Assembly (NCBI GenBank): GCA_963822965.1
Contig: CAWGJT010000010.1
Coordinates: 704,001-768,000 of the forward strand
DNA from: an uncultured delta proteobacterium
GTDB lineage: Bacteria > Myxococcota_A > UBA9160 > UBA4427
Length of the DNA: 64,000 bases
Direction: 5' to 3'
Below the pieces are notes generated by a model. The model worked only from the letters and a program-made list of their open reading frames with translations. It had not been told where the DNA came from and ran no database searches. The position numbers were made by a program, and so were the translations under genes. Below are positions 19,660 to 30,165 of the stretch, piece after piece (position 1 is the first letter of the stretch; each line of letters opens with the position of its first letter).

Positions 19660-20634
19660 TCACATGCGGTACTCGATCTGCAGCCGCCCCGTGAAGGCCG
19701 GCGACCGACTCACCGCCGTGTCGACCGTGTCGCCGCTGCGGGTGGTGACCCGCCACTTCTGGTAGACGACCGCGCCGAGCTGGCCCTGGAAGCGCCAGTG
19801 CTTCGAGAAGCGCCAGCTCCAGCCGGCGACGACCGGTGCGGTGCGGTCCTGGAGGACGCCGCGGCCGACGTCCCCGTCCCGCTGCTTCAGCCGGTAGCGG
19901 TCGGAGTCCAGCGCGCCGCGCACGAAGAGCGTCAAGGGCTTGACCGGGCGGTACGCGATGCGTCCGCCCAGGCCGTCGGTCTCGATCTCGAGGTTCTCGG
20001 TCACCTTCCATCCCAGGGCCACCAGCGGGCCTACCGTGGCGCCGCCGCGCCCGAGTCGGGATCGCACCGCGACCCCGCCCACCACCGAGAGCCGGCCGGC
20101 GAAGAGGTAGCCCAGGCCCGCGAATCCCTCGCCCTGGATGCCCGACCCGTAGGGCGCCCCGCGCTCCCAGCGCGAGCGGAAGACGCCCCCTGCGACGAGC
20201 GACCACTCGTCGGAGAGCTGGTAGCGGGTCTCGAAGCGGAGCTGCGTAGAGAGCAGCTCGTCGAAGGGATCGCCGCGGGTGTTCCCGGTGTCCAGGAATC
20301 GGCGGTCGCCGTGGAACGCGTAGGCGTTGGCGGAGCCGGATGCGAGGAGCCGGATGGCGACGCGCCGGGACACGGGCGCCACGACCTGCGCCAGCAGCAG
20401 GGATCGGTAGGTGTCGACGTCGGCGCCCGAGAAGTCCTGATCGATGGTCCACTCCTCGGCGACCCGAACGCGCGGGCGCAGGCGCGTGACCCGTCCGAAG
20501 AGCTGGATGGCGCTGAACTCGTCCTCGACCACCCTCTCGATCGGGGGCGCGGGGTCGGGCTCGTTGGCGGCGGCCGCCGCCCCCGTGCCGGCCGTCACCG
20601 CGCCGGCCGCGACCGCGGCCAGGGCCCTCCACAT
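19660..20634 (-). CDS. Putative outer-membrane beta-barrel protein (DUF6268-like)
   Basis: Ala-rich signal peptide, amphipathic beta-strand pattern, C-terminal GRLQIEYRM resembling a beta-signal. Confidence 0.6.
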   Translation of the reverse strand: MWRALAAVAAGAVTAGTGAAAAANEPDPAPPIERVVEDEFSAIQLFGRVTRLRPRVRVAEEWTIDQDFSGADVDTYRSLLLAQVVAPVSRRVAIRLLASGSANAYAFHGDRRFLDTGNTRGDPFDELLSTQLRFETRYQLSDEWSLVAGGVFRSRWERGAPYGSGIQGEGFAGLGYLFAGRLSVVGGVAVRSRLGRGGATVGPLVALGWKVTENLEIETDGLGGRIAYRPVKPLTLFVRGALDSDRYRLKQRDGDVGRGVLQDRTAPVVAGWSWRFSKHWRFQGQLGAVVYQKWRVTTRSGDTVDTAVSRSPAFTGRLQIEYRM

Positions 20635-20648
20635 GCCGCCGCGCCACC

Positions 20649-21788
20649 TCACGAGCCCGGCCCCTCGAAGCACGCCGCCGTCTCGATGTGGCTCGTGTAC
20701 GGAAAGAGCGCGAAGGCCTCGAGTCCCGACAGCCGCATCCGCCCCTCGTGCAGGAGTCGCCCGGCGTCGCGCAGGAAGGTGTCGAGCCCGCAGCTCGCGT
20801 AGACCAGGCGCGCCGGCGGGCTCGCGACCAGCGCGTCGCAGAGCGCCGGCTCGAGCCCCTTGCGCGGCGGATCCACGACGACCACCTCGGCGCCGGCCAG
20901 CACCTCGAGACACGACCCGGCCGGCCCCGCGACCACCCGGGCGCGAGCCTGCTCGACGGGCGGCCGCGCGGCGATCCCCTGCCGCAGGCCGGTCACGGCG
21001 TGGGGGGCCACCTCGTTGAAGCGAACCTCGCGGCTCCGCTCCAGCAGGCCGAGACCGATGGGACCCACGCCCGCGTGCAGCTCGGCGACGACCGCGCGGT
21101 CGGGCACCCAGGCCCGCAGCCGCTCCACCAGGCGTTCGGCCAGGACCGGGTGGCTCTGGCCGAAGGCGCCCGGCCAGTAGAAGACCCGCACGCCGGCCAC
21201 CTCGTCGGTGAGGGCCTCGTCGCCCGTCAGGTGCTCCCAATGGGGCCCCAGGATCACGTTCGTGCGATGCGGGTTGCCGTTCCACCAGCCGCTCGCGAGC
21301 CGCCCGCCGAGCGCTTCGGCGAGGAGACGCGCGACATCCCGCAGCGGGTCGGCGCGCTCCGCGTTCCCCACCAGCACCACCTGCGCGCGGGTGCCGCCCC
21401 GGGTCACGGCGATCTGCACCGAGCGGATCTGGCCCGCGTGAGGGCGCTCCGCATAGGGGGCGATCCCCTGACTGCGCAGGAGCTGCCGCAACACCGCCGA
21501 CACCTCGTTCACCAGCGGGTGGTGGGTGCGGCAGCGGGGAATGTCGGCGAGCCGGTGGCTCGCCTCCTGGAAGATCCCCAGCTTGGGGGAAGACGCCCGG
21601 CCACGGACCATCAGCCGGGCCCGGTGGCGGAAGCCCTCCCGAACCCCCTCGTGGACCGTCGGGACCGGCAGCCCCGCCCGATCGGCCAGCGCAGAGAGCC
21701 GGGCGAGCTGCGCGGGATCGAGTCCCGGCTCTCCGTAGCGGGGGCAGCCGGGGCAGGGCGGGCGATGGGGGCAGGCGGGAAGGTCCAT
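20649..21788 (-). CDS. RNA (uracil-5)-methyltransferase, RlmD/RlmC/TrmA family
   Basis: CPHRPPCPGC Fe-S motif, AFGQSH, LHAGVGPIGL, VVVDPPRKGL, YASC, LFPYTSHIET. Confidence 0.9.
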   Translation of the reverse strand: MDLPACPHRPPCPGCPRYGEPGLDPAQLARLSALADRAGLPVPTVHEGVREGFRHRARLMVRGRASSPKLGIFQEASHRLADIPRCRTHHPLVNEVSAVLRQLLRSQGIAPYAERPHAGQIRSVQIAVTRGGTRAQVVLVGNAERADPLRDVARLLAEALGGRLASGWWNGNPHRTNVILGPHWEHLTGDEALTDEVAGVRVFYWPGAFGQSHPVLAERLVERLRAWVPDRAVVAELHAGVGPIGLGLLERSREVRFNEVAPHAVTGLRQGIAARPPVEQARARVVAGPAGSCLEVLAGAEVVVVDPPRKGLEPALCDALVASPPARLVYASCGLDTFLRDAGRLLHEGRMRLSGLEAFALFPYTSHIETAACFEGPGS

Positions 21789-21789
21789 G

Positions 21790-22539
21790 CTAGCCCTCGT
21801 GTCCGGCGGCGACGCCCGCGATGATGAGCTGGAGCAGCTCCTCGGGCCGGGTGTCCGCGCAGCGTCGGCTCGCGACCACCCGACCCGCTCGCATCACGAC
21901 GACCCGGTCGGAGAGGGCGAAGACGTCGTGCAGGTCGTGGCTCACGAGCACGATGGCGAGCCCCTGGTCCCGCAGCCGTCGCACGATCTCACCCACCTGG
22001 GCGGTCTCCTCGGGACCCAGTGCGGCGGTGGGCTCGTCGAGGATCAGCACCCGGGCCTGGAAGTGGATCGCCCGGGCGAGGGCCACCTGCTGTCGCTCGC
22101 CTCCCGAGAGCTGGCGCACGGGGCTGTGGAAGTCGCGGAAGCGCGGGTTGACGCGATGCAGGACCTCCCGGGCCACGCGCTCCATGGCGGACGCGTCCAG
22201 CAGGCCGAAGGCGTTGGTGCGCTCGCGTCCGAGGAAGAGGTTGGCGGCAGCGGGCAGGTTGTCGGCCAGGGCCAGGTCCTGGTACAGCGCCTCGATCCCC
22301 AGCGCGCGCGCCTGGCGCGGCGAGCCCAGCTCGACCGGGGCACCGTCGATCCGGATCTCCCCAGCGTCGAGTCGCAGCGCCCCTGCGAGCAACGCCATCA
22401 AGGTCGACTTGCCCGCGCCGTTGTGGCCCAGCAGGCCCACCACCTCGCCCGCCGCGACCTGGAAGTCCACCCCCTCCACCGCGTGCACGCCGCCGAACGA
22501 TTTGCGGACTCCGCGCATCTCCACCCGGGGCGTCGTCAC
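21790..22539 (-). CDS. Sugar ABC transporter ATP-binding protein (single domain, XylG-type)
   Basis: GHNGAGKST, LSGGERQ, LILDEPTAALG, VSHD; GTGA overlap with the permease. Confidence 0.9.
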   Translation of the reverse strand: MTTPRVEMRGVRKSFGGVHAVEGVDFQVAAGEVVGLLGHNGAGKSTLMALLAGALRLDAGEIRIDGAPVELGSPRQARALGIEALYQDLALADNLPAAANLFLGRERTNAFGLLDASAMERVAREVLHRVNPRFRDFHSPVRQLSGGERQQVALARAIHFQARVLILDEPTAALGPEETAQVGEIVRRLRDQGLAIVLVSHDLHDVFALSDRVVVMRAGRVVASRRCADTRPEELLQLIIAGVAAGHEG

Positions 22540-23786
22540 GACGCGTCGCTCCAGGGCTCTTCGGCGCCGCGGCGCCGCGCCGCCACGTCGATCCAGACGG
22601 CGCCGATCAGCACGCCGCCGATGGCGATCTGCCGGACGGCGCTCGAGACGCCCAGCAGCACCATGCCGTTCTCCAGGCTCTGCATCAACACGGCGCCGAG
22701 GGCCGCACCGGCGATGCTCCCGCGCCCGCCGGCGAGGGACGTCCCGCCGATCACCGCGGCGGCGATGACGGACAGCTCGGCCAGGGTGCCCATGGAGCTC
22801 GTGCCCGCTCCGAGGCGCGCCGTCGTCACCACGGCGGCCAGGGCCGACAGCGCGCCCATCCCGGTGAAGACGCCGAGGGTCACCCGACGCACGTCGATGC
22901 CGGCTCGTACGGCCGCCCGGGGATTGCCGCCGATCGCCGTCACGTAGCGACCGAAGCGCGTGGCGCGGAACACGACGGCCATCGCGAGGGCGCTCGCGAT
23001 CCACAGGAGGACCGGAATCGGCACGCCCCGGGCGAGCTCGGTCCGGGGCTTCGGGTAGGCGTTCATCACCGCCACGAACGCGCCGAGCCCGAGCAGCCCG
23101 CCGCCGACCCGCACTGCGTCGGCCCAGGCCGGCCGCGGCGCGAAGCCGTGACGCCGGCGAGCGCGCCGCCCCTGCCAGCCGGCGACCGCGAGCGCGGCGC
23201 CCGCCACGCCGGCGAGCCCCCAGCTCGCCGGGCCGCCGATGGATCCGTCGATGCCGCCCCCGAGCACGCCGAAGCCCGGGGCCAGGGGCGTAACGGTGCG
23301 CCCCTCGGCGACCAGGTAGGCGGCGCCGCGGAAGGCGAGCAGTCCGCCCAGGGTGACGACGAACGCCGGCACACCCCGGTAGGCGACCCACCATCCCTGC
23401 CAGGCGCCGGCGAGGGCGCCGATCGCCAGACCCGCCGCCACCGACACCGGCCAGCTCCAGGCCGCGTCGGCGGGCAGCACCTCGGCCTGCAGCAAGGCCA
23501 CGGCCATGCCCGTGAAGCCCAGCAGGCTGCCCACCGAAAGGTCGATGTGACGCGCCGTGATGACCAGCACCATGCCGCTGGCCATCACGCCGACGACGCT
23601 GCTCTGCACGGCCAGGTTGTAGAGGTTGCGAGGCGTGAGGAAGAGCCCGCCGCTGGCCACGTCGAGGCCGATCCAGACGGCCGCGCCGGCGCCCAGCATG
23701 CCCAGCGTGCGCGGATCGATCTCGGCGGCCCGGAGCGCGGAGGCGAGCCGCCGCGCCGCCGCGCCCGCCGGCGCGGAGTCGGCCAT
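22536..23786 (-). CDS. xylH: Xylose-type ABC transporter permease
   Basis: FLTPRNLYNL, IDLSVGS, VPAFVVTLGG, IGGNPRAA, IAAAVIGGTSLAGGRG. Confidence 0.85.
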   Translation of the reverse strand: MADSAPAGAAARRLASALRAAEIDPRTLGMLGAGAAVWIGLDVASGGLFLTPRNLYNLAVQSSVVGVMASGMVLVITARHIDLSVGSLLGFTGMAVALLQAEVLPADAAWSWPVSVAAGLAIGALAGAWQGWWVAYRGVPAFVVTLGGLLAFRGAAYLVAEGRTVTPLAPGFGVLGGGIDGSIGGPASWGLAGVAGAALAVAGWQGRRARRRHGFAPRPAWADAVRVGGGLLGLGAFVAVMNAYPKPRTELARGVPIPVLLWIASALAMAVVFRATRFGRYVTAIGGNPRAAVRAGIDVRRVTLGVFTGMGALSALAAVVTTARLGAGTSSMGTLAELSVIAAAVIGGTSLAGGRGSIAGAALGAVLMQSLENGMVLLGVSSAVRQIAIGGVLIGAVWIDVAARRRGAEEPWSDAS

Positions 23787-23794
23787 GCGAACGC

Positions 23795-24847
23795 CTACCG
23801 GCAGGCCGGGGGCGGATCTTCGCCCACGTCGCGGCAGACGGTCTCGCGCGACACCCAGCCCGCGTCGATCACCACGTCCAGGCGATCGCGCGTGATGGCC
23901 TGGGGCTCCAGCAGGATGGCGTCGACCACGACGCCCCGGGGCCCGCGGCTCCAGGGCTGGGCGCCGGCAACGTCCCGACCCCGGGTGCCCTTCGCCAGCG
24001 CCAGCGCCACGGCCGCGGCACGGCGTCCCAGGAGTCGGGCGTCCTTCCAGACGGAGACCGTCTGCAGGCCGCGCGCCACGCGGGAGAGCGCGGCCTGGTC
24101 GCCGTCCTGTCCCGAGACGGGCAGCCCCTCGAGCCCCCGCGCGCGCAGCGCGGCCACCACGCCTCCTGCCATGCCGTCGTTCGAGCACACGACCGCGTCC
24201 ACCCGATCGGCGTTGGCCGTCAGGATCTGCTCCATGATGCGCTGGGCGAGCTCGGGCGACCAGCCGTCGACGTACTGGTCTCCCACCACCTCGATGCGAC
24301 CGGCGTCGAGCGCCGGCCACAGCGCTCCGAGCTGGCCCTGGTGGACGAAGTCGGCGTTGGGATCCGTCGGCGCGCCCTTGATGAACACGTAGCGACCTTC
24401 CGGACGCACGCGCAGGATCTCGCGCGCCTGGATGCGCCCCACCTCGACGTTGTCGAACGAGATGTAGAAGACCCCGGGCTGCTCGATGAGCCGGTCGTAG
24501 CCGATGACCGGGATGCCCTCGGCGCGCGCCAGGGCGACCGCCGGCGTGATGGCGTCGGCGTCCTGGGCGACGATCACCAGCACCTGGGCGCCGCGAGCGA
24601 TCAGGGTCTCGACGTCCGAGAGCTGCTTCTCGCTGGAGCTCTGGGCGTCGGCCGAGAGGTAGCGGGCACCTTCCGCTTCGAGGGCTTCGCGCAGGGCGGA
24701 CTCGTCGGTCTTCCAACGCTCCTCCTGGAAGTTCGACCAGCTCACCCCGACCTGGACGGGGCCCGCCAGCGCCGGCCCCGCTGCGAGCAGGCTCAGCCCG
24801 CACGCGGCCGGGAGCAGCCATTCCGTGATCCGGCGCCGCCGGCTCAC
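23795..24847 (-). CDS. xylF: D-xylose ABC transporter substrate-binding protein
   Basis: [62 protein letters not shown] overlap with the upstream CoA-transferase. Confidence 0.88.
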   Translation of the reverse strand: MSRRRRITEWLLPAACGLSLLAAGPALAGPVQVGVSWSNFQEERWKTDESALREALEAEGARYLSADAQSSSEKQLSDVETLIARGAQVLVIVAQDADAITPAVALARAEGIPVIGYDRLIEQPGVFYISFDNVEVGRIQAREILRVRPEGRYVFIKGAPTDPNADFVHQGQLGALWPALDAGRIEVVGDQYVDGWSPELAQRIMEQILTANADRVDAVVCSNDGMAGGVVAALRARGLEGLPVSGQDGDQAALSRVARGLQTVSVWKDARLLGRRAAAVALALAKGTRGRDVAGAQPWSRGPRGVVVDAILLEPQAITRDRLDVVIDAGWVSRETVCRDVGEDPPPACR

Positions 24848-26049
24848 GCGATCACGCCCGCTTCGCGCAGCCGCGCGATGTCCTCGGCGGGCACGCCGAT
24901 CTCGCCCAGCACCGCGTCGGTGTGCTCTCCCAGGCCGGGGGCCAGCCGGCGGACGGCGAGCGGCGTCTTCTCGAACGTCCCTACCGGCTCGGGCGTGCGC
25001 ATGCGACCCGCGATGGGGTGGTCGTCCTCGCGCAGCAGCGCGTTCGCCTGCACCTGGGGATGCGCGTGGAGCTGGGCCAACGGTGTCACCGGCGCATGGG
25101 GGACGTCCTCCTCCACGAGGCGCGACACGAGTGCCTGGGTGGTCAGATCGGCCACCAGCGGCACCACCACGTCGTGCAGAGCGTCGGCGTGGCGCGCGCG
25201 GGCCCCGGCTCCGGCGAAGCGCGGGTCGTCCTGCAGCTCGGGGCGGCCGAGGGCGCGACAGAGGCCCCGGAACTCCGCGTCGCCCACCGTGCTGATGGCC
25301 ACGTAGCCGTCCTTCGTCCGGCGGATGGCGGGGAGGGTGGCCCGGCGCATCGCGCTCTCGGCCGGCTCCGCCTCGGCGCCCGTCCCTTCGTCCACCCAGG
25401 TGTAGTTCTGCATGCCGTCGGGCCACAGGAAGGAGATGCTCGCGTGGAGCATCGAGATCTCCAGGTGCTGGCCGCCGGCGCCGCGCTCCCGCGCGAGGAG
25501 GGCGGCGGTGACGGCCTGGGCGGTGGTGAGCGCCGTCGCCTTGTCGCACACCACGTTGCGGACGAAGGCGGGCTCGTTCGTCACGGGGTCGGCCTGGTGG
25601 GCCGCGAAGCCCGCATAGGCCTGCATCACCGAATCGTAGACGCGCCGGTTCGCATCCGGTCCTGCGCGTCCGAAGCCGCTGATCGAGACGTAGACGAGCC
25701 GCGGGAAGCGGGCGCGCAGGTGCTCGGGACCGATCCCCATACGGTCGGCGACGCCGGGCCGGAAGTTCTGGACGAACACGTCCGCCGTCGCCGCCAGCCG
25801 CTCGAGCAGCGCCACGCCGCGCGCGTCGGCGAGGTTCAGCACCACCGAGCGCTTGCTGCGGTTCAGGTTCGCGAAGACCGCAGACATGCCGTTCCGCGAG
25901 TTGCCGATCTGGCGGATGAGGTCGCCCGGGCCGGGCGGCTCGATCTTGATGACGTCCGCACCCTGGTCGCCCAGCAGCGCAGTCGCGAAGGGACCCGAGG
26001 CCATGGCGGTGAGATCGAGGATGCGGATGCCCGCGAGCGGTCCCGGCAT
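24844..26049 (-). CDS. CaiB/BaiF family CoA-transferase
   Basis: [46 protein letters not shown]. Confidence 0.92.
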   Translation of the reverse strand: MPGPLAGIRILDLTAMASGPFATALLGDQGADVIKIEPPGPGDLIRQIGNSRNGMSAVFANLNRSKRSVVLNLADARGVALLERLAATADVFVQNFRPGVADRMGIGPEHLRARFPRLVYVSISGFGRAGPDANRRVYDSVMQAYAGFAAHQADPVTNEPAFVRNVVCDKATALTTAQAVTAALLARERGAGGQHLEISMLHASISFLWPDGMQNYTWVDEGTGAEAEPAESAMRRATLPAIRRTKDGYVAISTVGDAEFRGLCRALGRPELQDDPRFAGAGARARHADALHDVVVPLVADLTTQALVSRLVEEDVPHAPVTPLAQLHAHPQVQANALLREDDHPIAGRMRTPEPVGTFEKTPLAVRRLAPGLGEHTDAVLGEIGVPAEDIARLREAGVIA

Positions 26050-26068
26050 GGGGCGGGACGATACCAGC

Positions 26069-27649
26069 TCAGCGCGGCTCGGACTCGCTCGCGGGGCCGG
26101 GCTCGAGGTCCCACAGGGTGAGTCCGGCGAGGTCGCGCTTTGCGGAGCCGGCGGCGGGCAGCAGGGCTGCCAACGCGTAGCCCACGGCGAACATCACGAC
26201 GTTCCCGATGACGGCGGTGTAGTAGGTATCGAAGGGCGCCGTCCAGGCTGCGGGGAAGACCCCCATCGTCCACAGGGTGAAGAGGCCGGTTGCGGCGATG
26301 CCGCCCCAGACGGCGCGGGCGTCGCCGATCCGCGTGGTGAAGCCGAGCCCGTAGATGGCGAGGATGCCGCCGCCCAGCAGGCTCGTGAGCTTGATGGACA
26401 CGTCCTGCAGGGTGGGGCCGGTGGCCTCGAGGAGCCAGACGGCGCCCCCGATCATCGCGACCGAGGCGGCGGCGGCGATCCACCAGGCGGCGCGCAGGTA
26501 GTGGCGGTCCCCCCGTCCGGGCGCCACGTGGCGGCGGTAGACGTCCACGATCGCGACGGTGGAGACGGCGTTGATGCTGGAGTCGAGGGAGGACATGCCG
26601 GCCGCCAGGGCGGCGGCGATCACCAGCCCGGCGATTCCCGGCGGCAGGTGGTGGAGCACGAAGTAGGGAACGATCTGCTCGGCGCGCCGGGTGCCGTCGA
26701 GCATCGCCGTGGCTTCGGCGTCCGGAAACACCTGGAAGAGGGCGAAGAGCGCGGTCCCCAGGAACATGTAGAAGAGCCACGTGGGCATGGCGACCCCCAC
26801 CGCCCAGGCGAGCGACTTGCGCGCCTCGCGCAGGGAGCGCGCGGCGCAGTAGCGCTGCACGAAGTGCTGGGCGGTGGTGTACTCGGTGAGGAAGAACGAC
26901 GCACTCATGAGCAGCATGAGGGGTGCCGTCTTGGCGCCGAGGTCGAAGCCCCAGCCCAGGGGCACGAGCCTGCCTTCCTGCAGGCTGCCGAAGCTCATCT
27001 TGTGGTGGGCCGCGGCGATCTCGAAGACCTGTCCGAGCCCGCCGGGCAGCTCCACCGCGATGGTTCCGAGGCAGAGCAGGCTGCCCGAGACGAGGATCAG
27101 CGTCTGCACGACGTCGGTCCAGATGACGGCGTCGATGCCGCCCATCACCGTGTACACGCCCACGAAGATCCCCGACGCCACGATGCAGAGGGTGATGTCC
27201 ACCCCGGTCAGCTCGTGGAACATGAGCCCCACGAGATAGAGCACGAGACTCACCCGCAGCAGCTGGGCGAGCACGTAGGTGGCGGCGCCGTACACCCGGA
27301 TCGACGGGCCGAAGCGCGCTTCGAGGTACTCGTACGCCGAGGTCGTACGGCCGCGGCGGAAGAACGGCACGATCCACACCCCGGCGACGAAGGCGGCCAG
27401 CGGCATGCACGCGTAGGGCAGGAAGCGGATCCAGGTGGTCTTGAAGGCGTCCGCCGGCATCGACAGGAAGGTGATCGAGCTGATGGCGGTGCCCACGATG
27501 CTGAGCCCGATCACCCAGCCCGAGAACGAGCGTCCGCCCAGGAAGTACTCCTCGGTGTCCCGGTTGCGGCGCGCGAAGAAGACGCCCATGCCCAGGACGG
27601 CGAGCGCGTAGGCGACGAGCACCGTCTGATCGAGCCAGTGAAGTCGCAC
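26069..27649 (-). CDS. Sodium:solute symporter (SSS family)
   Basis: EEYFLGGRS, SAYEYLEARFG, GGIDAVIWTDVVQ, AAGMSSLDSSIN; GGAGG RBS before GTG. Confidence 0.9.
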   Translation of the reverse strand: MRLHWLDQTVLVAYALAVLGMGVFFARRNRDTEEYFLGGRSFSGWVIGLSIVGTAISSITFLSMPADAFKTTWIRFLPYACMPLAAFVAGVWIVPFFRRGRTTSAYEYLEARFGPSIRVYGAATYVLAQLLRVSLVLYLVGLMFHELTGVDITLCIVASGIFVGVYTVMGGIDAVIWTDVVQTLILVSGSLLCLGTIAVELPGGLGQVFEIAAAHHKMSFGSLQEGRLVPLGWGFDLGAKTAPLMLLMSASFFLTEYTTAQHFVQRYCAARSLREARKSLAWAVGVAMPTWLFYMFLGTALFALFQVFPDAEATAMLDGTRRAEQIVPYFVLHHLPPGIAGLVIAAALAAGMSSLDSSINAVSTVAIVDVYRRHVAPGRGDRHYLRAAWWIAAAASVAMIGGAVWLLEATGPTLQDVSIKLTSLLGGGILAIYGLGFTTRIGDARAVWGGIAATGLFTLWTMGVFPAAWTAPFDTYYTAVIGNVVMFAVGYALAALLPAAGSAKRDLAGLTLWDLEPGPASESEPR

Positions 27650-27675
27650 CCGTCCTCCCCGTCGCGCCCTTCGGC

Positions 27676-28938
27676 TCAGAGCGCCCGCAGCTGCCGGTGG
27701 CCGAAGATCAGGATGCCGGCGAGCAGCACCATCGGAATCACGCCGAAGATGCCGAGCGCGAGCTGGTCCCCCACCGCGTCCGCCAGGATGCCGACGAAGA
27801 GCGCGCCCACGGGCGCGAGCATGACCAGCATGAAGACCAGGCTGATGACCCGACCCCGCATCGCGTCGGGGACGGCCATCTGCAGGCCCGAGAACGTGTA
27901 GACGTTCCACACCTGGCTGCAGACTCCGAGCAGGAGCTCGACCCCCAGCACGTAGGAGAACGAGAACGCGAAGGAGTACAGGAGCATGCAGGTCGAGAAG
28001 CCCAGCATGCTGTAGCCCATCATGAGTCCCGGCCGGCGGGCCTGGGGAAGGGCCGCCATCACGAAGGCCGTGAGGAGCCCGCCGAGCCCCGCGACGCCGG
28101 CCATCACGCCGTAGCCCGTGCTGTCGACGCCCAGGACGTGGCGGGCGAACACCGGGCGCATGGCGGCGATGGCGCCGTTGAAGATCGCGAGCGAGGTCGC
28201 GAGCAGCGCGAGGCGCACGGGAGGGCTTCCGCGCACGTAGGCGAGGCCCTCCCGCAGGTCGGTCGCCCAGCTGCGGGGGCTGGCGGCGACGGGGGTGCGT
28301 CCGGCGATCGGAACCCAGAGCAGCAGCGCCGCGGCCAGCAGCAGCCCCGCCGACGCCGAGAGGTAGGCGCCCACCAGCCCCACGGCGGCGACCAGCCCTC
28401 CGCCCCACAAGGGGCCGAGGGTCTGTCCCACGCCCTGGGCGGCGACGTTCAGGGCCACCGCGTTCTGCGCCCGGGCGCGGGGCACCACGTCGAACACGAA
28501 GGTCTGGGTCGCCGGCTGCATGAACGAGGTGAGGAGCGCGGCCACCGCGGTGCCCACCAGCACGTGCCAGAGCTCGATGCGCCCGAACGCGATCAGCGCG
28601 CCGATCGCCGTGACGACCGCCGCGAGCCCCAGGCGTCCCAGCAGCAGCAGGCTTCGCCGGGGAACGCGGTCCGCCGCGACGCCGGCGAACGGCGAGGTGG
28701 CGAAGATGACGGCGCCCTGCAGGAACGAGACGGCGCCCAGCACGGTGCGCGAATCCGTCAGGCTCGTCACCAGCCACTGCAGCATCACGAACTGCGCCAT
28801 CCACGCGGAATAGTGAATCAGGTTCGACGCCCACAGCGGCAGGAAGTGCGGCTCGCGCAGCGTGTCGCCCACGAGGCTCCAGGGCGTGGAAGCGCTCACC
28901 AGCGGCGGCGTGGACGCGTCGGGCGGGGATTCCGGCAA
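27676..28938 (-). CDS. MFS transporter
   Basis: About 12 hydrophobic segments, GVAADRVPRR motif A, VPDAMRGRV; start placed at TTG 7 nt after TATACT. Confidence 0.85.
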   Translation of the reverse strand: MPESPPDASTPPLVSASTPWSLVGDTLREPHFLPLWASNLIHYSAWMAQFVMLQWLVTSLTDSRTVLGAVSFLQGAVIFATSPFAGVAADRVPRRSLLLLGRLGLAAVVTAIGALIAFGRIELWHVLVGTAVAALLTSFMQPATQTFVFDVVPRARAQNAVALNVAAQGVGQTLGPLWGGGLVAAVGLVGAYLSASAGLLLAAALLLWVPIAGRTPVAASPRSWATDLREGLAYVRGSPPVRLALLATSLAIFNGAIAAMRPVFARHVLGVDSTGYGVMAGVAGLGGLLTAFVMAALPQARRPGLMMGYSMLGFSTCMLLYSFAFSFSYVLGVELLLGVCSQVWNVYTFSGLQMAVPDAMRGRVISLVFMLVMLAPVGALFVGILADAVGDQLALGIFGVIPMVLLAGILIFGHRQLRAL

Positions 28939-29052
28939 GGCCGCGAGTATACGAAGACGGGGCGCGAGTTGGCGAGACCGCCGTGGCTGATGTAGCTCTA
29001 CGCGACCCCGTTCCCGCCGGTCTCGGGGCTCGCCCGCCGCACCGGAGAAGCC

Positions 29053-30159
29053 TTGCAGCTGCCCGTTCGAGGACATCCGCTCCACACCCGGTCGCTCACG
29101 CTGGTGGTGGGCCTCCTGGCGTCCGGCCGCTGGCACGCCCGGGGCGACGTGATCGATCTGCGCAAGTGCGGCTTCGTGCCCATGATGTCCGACATCCAGC
29201 CCGCCGGGATCATCCACCAGATGTCGATCGACCTCGACCTCGACCCCGGTAGCGGCCGGATCGACCGGATCGACGTCGCCCAGCCCTTCGTGGCCATCGA
29301 GCCCTCGCCGGCGAGCGGCGGCGAGTGCTGCCGGGATCCGGCGCCGCGTCTCCAGGCCCTGGCCGGCGAGCGCCTGGACGGCGAGTTCGCGCGTCGGCTC
29401 GGCGGCGTCTTCGGCGGACCGCTCGGCTGCTCGCACCTGCTGACCCTCTTCCAGCTCATGTCGAGCGGCCTGCAGCGGGCGATGCAGCTCGAGGCCGCGC
29501 TCGGGGAGGGAGCTCCGGCGCGCGAGCCGGGCGACCGCCTCTTTCGTCGCTCCGTCTTCGTCGAGGGGTTCGAGGGGGAGGATCAGGCGTCCATCGAGAT
29601 GGCCGTGCAGCTCGCCGACTTCCACACGCGGCCCATCGCGCCGGATGTGAGCCCGAGCGCCCGACTGGCCGGCCAGTGGGATGCCCGCGTCTTCGCGCGC
29701 GCCGCGGGCACCGCGCGCACGCTGAGGGAGCTGCGGGCCGCCCGGCGCGCGCGCTCGTTCGAGACGATCGGCACGGCCGCCTGGCACGACGAGAGCGATC
29801 GGCTGGCCCCGCTCGAGGGCGTGCCGATGGTGCCCGGCCTGGCGAAGCGGCTCTTCGCGATCTTCGATCGCCCCGACGATCGCCTGCTGCTCGACGCCAC
29901 CCTTCAGCTGGCGCCGGGCTACATCCAGGTGATGGCCGCGGTGATGGACCGCTGGCTTGCCCAGGCCAAGCAGGGCGGCCGCCCGCCCGATCTATCGGGC
30001 CCGTCGGGCCGCACCTCCATGAGCGACGCCGGCAACATCGGGGGCATGCCCGACTCCTGCTACATGTGGCGGAGTGACGGCCCGATGGCCTCCATGCGCG
30101 CCGTGCGGCAGGGGGATCCGGCAGAGCAGGCCCCGGAGGAGCAGGACCCGAAAGGGTAG
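29053..30159 (+). CDS. DUF2889-like protein
   Basis: LHTRSL, IHQMSIDL, GGPLGCSHL, PDSCYMW pattern recalled for DUF2889; GGAG RBS. Confidence 0.6.
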   Translation: MQLPVRGHPLHTRSLTLVVGLLASGRWHARGDVIDLRKCGFVPMMSDIQPAGIIHQMSIDLDLDPGSGRIDRIDVAQPFVAIEPSPASGGECCRDPAPRLQALAGERLDGEFARRLGGVFGGPLGCSHLLTLFQLMSSGLQRAMQLEAALGEGAPAREPGDRLFRRSVFVEGFEGEDQASIEMAVQLADFHTRPIAPDVSPSARLAGQWDARVFARAAGTARTLRELRAARRARSFETIGTAAWHDESDRLAPLEGVPMVPGLAKRLFAIFDRPDDRLLLDATLQLAPGYIQVMAAVMDRWLAQAKQGGRPPDLSGPSGRTSMSDAGNIGGMPDSCYMWRSDGPMASMRAVRQGDPAEQAPEEQDPKG

Positions 30160-30165
30160 CCTGGG

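Noticed and set aside
24800..24847. Twin-arginine signal on the XylF-like protein (SRRRRI)
   Set aside because: It lacks the consensus FLK positions and is equally consistent with a basic Sec n-region.
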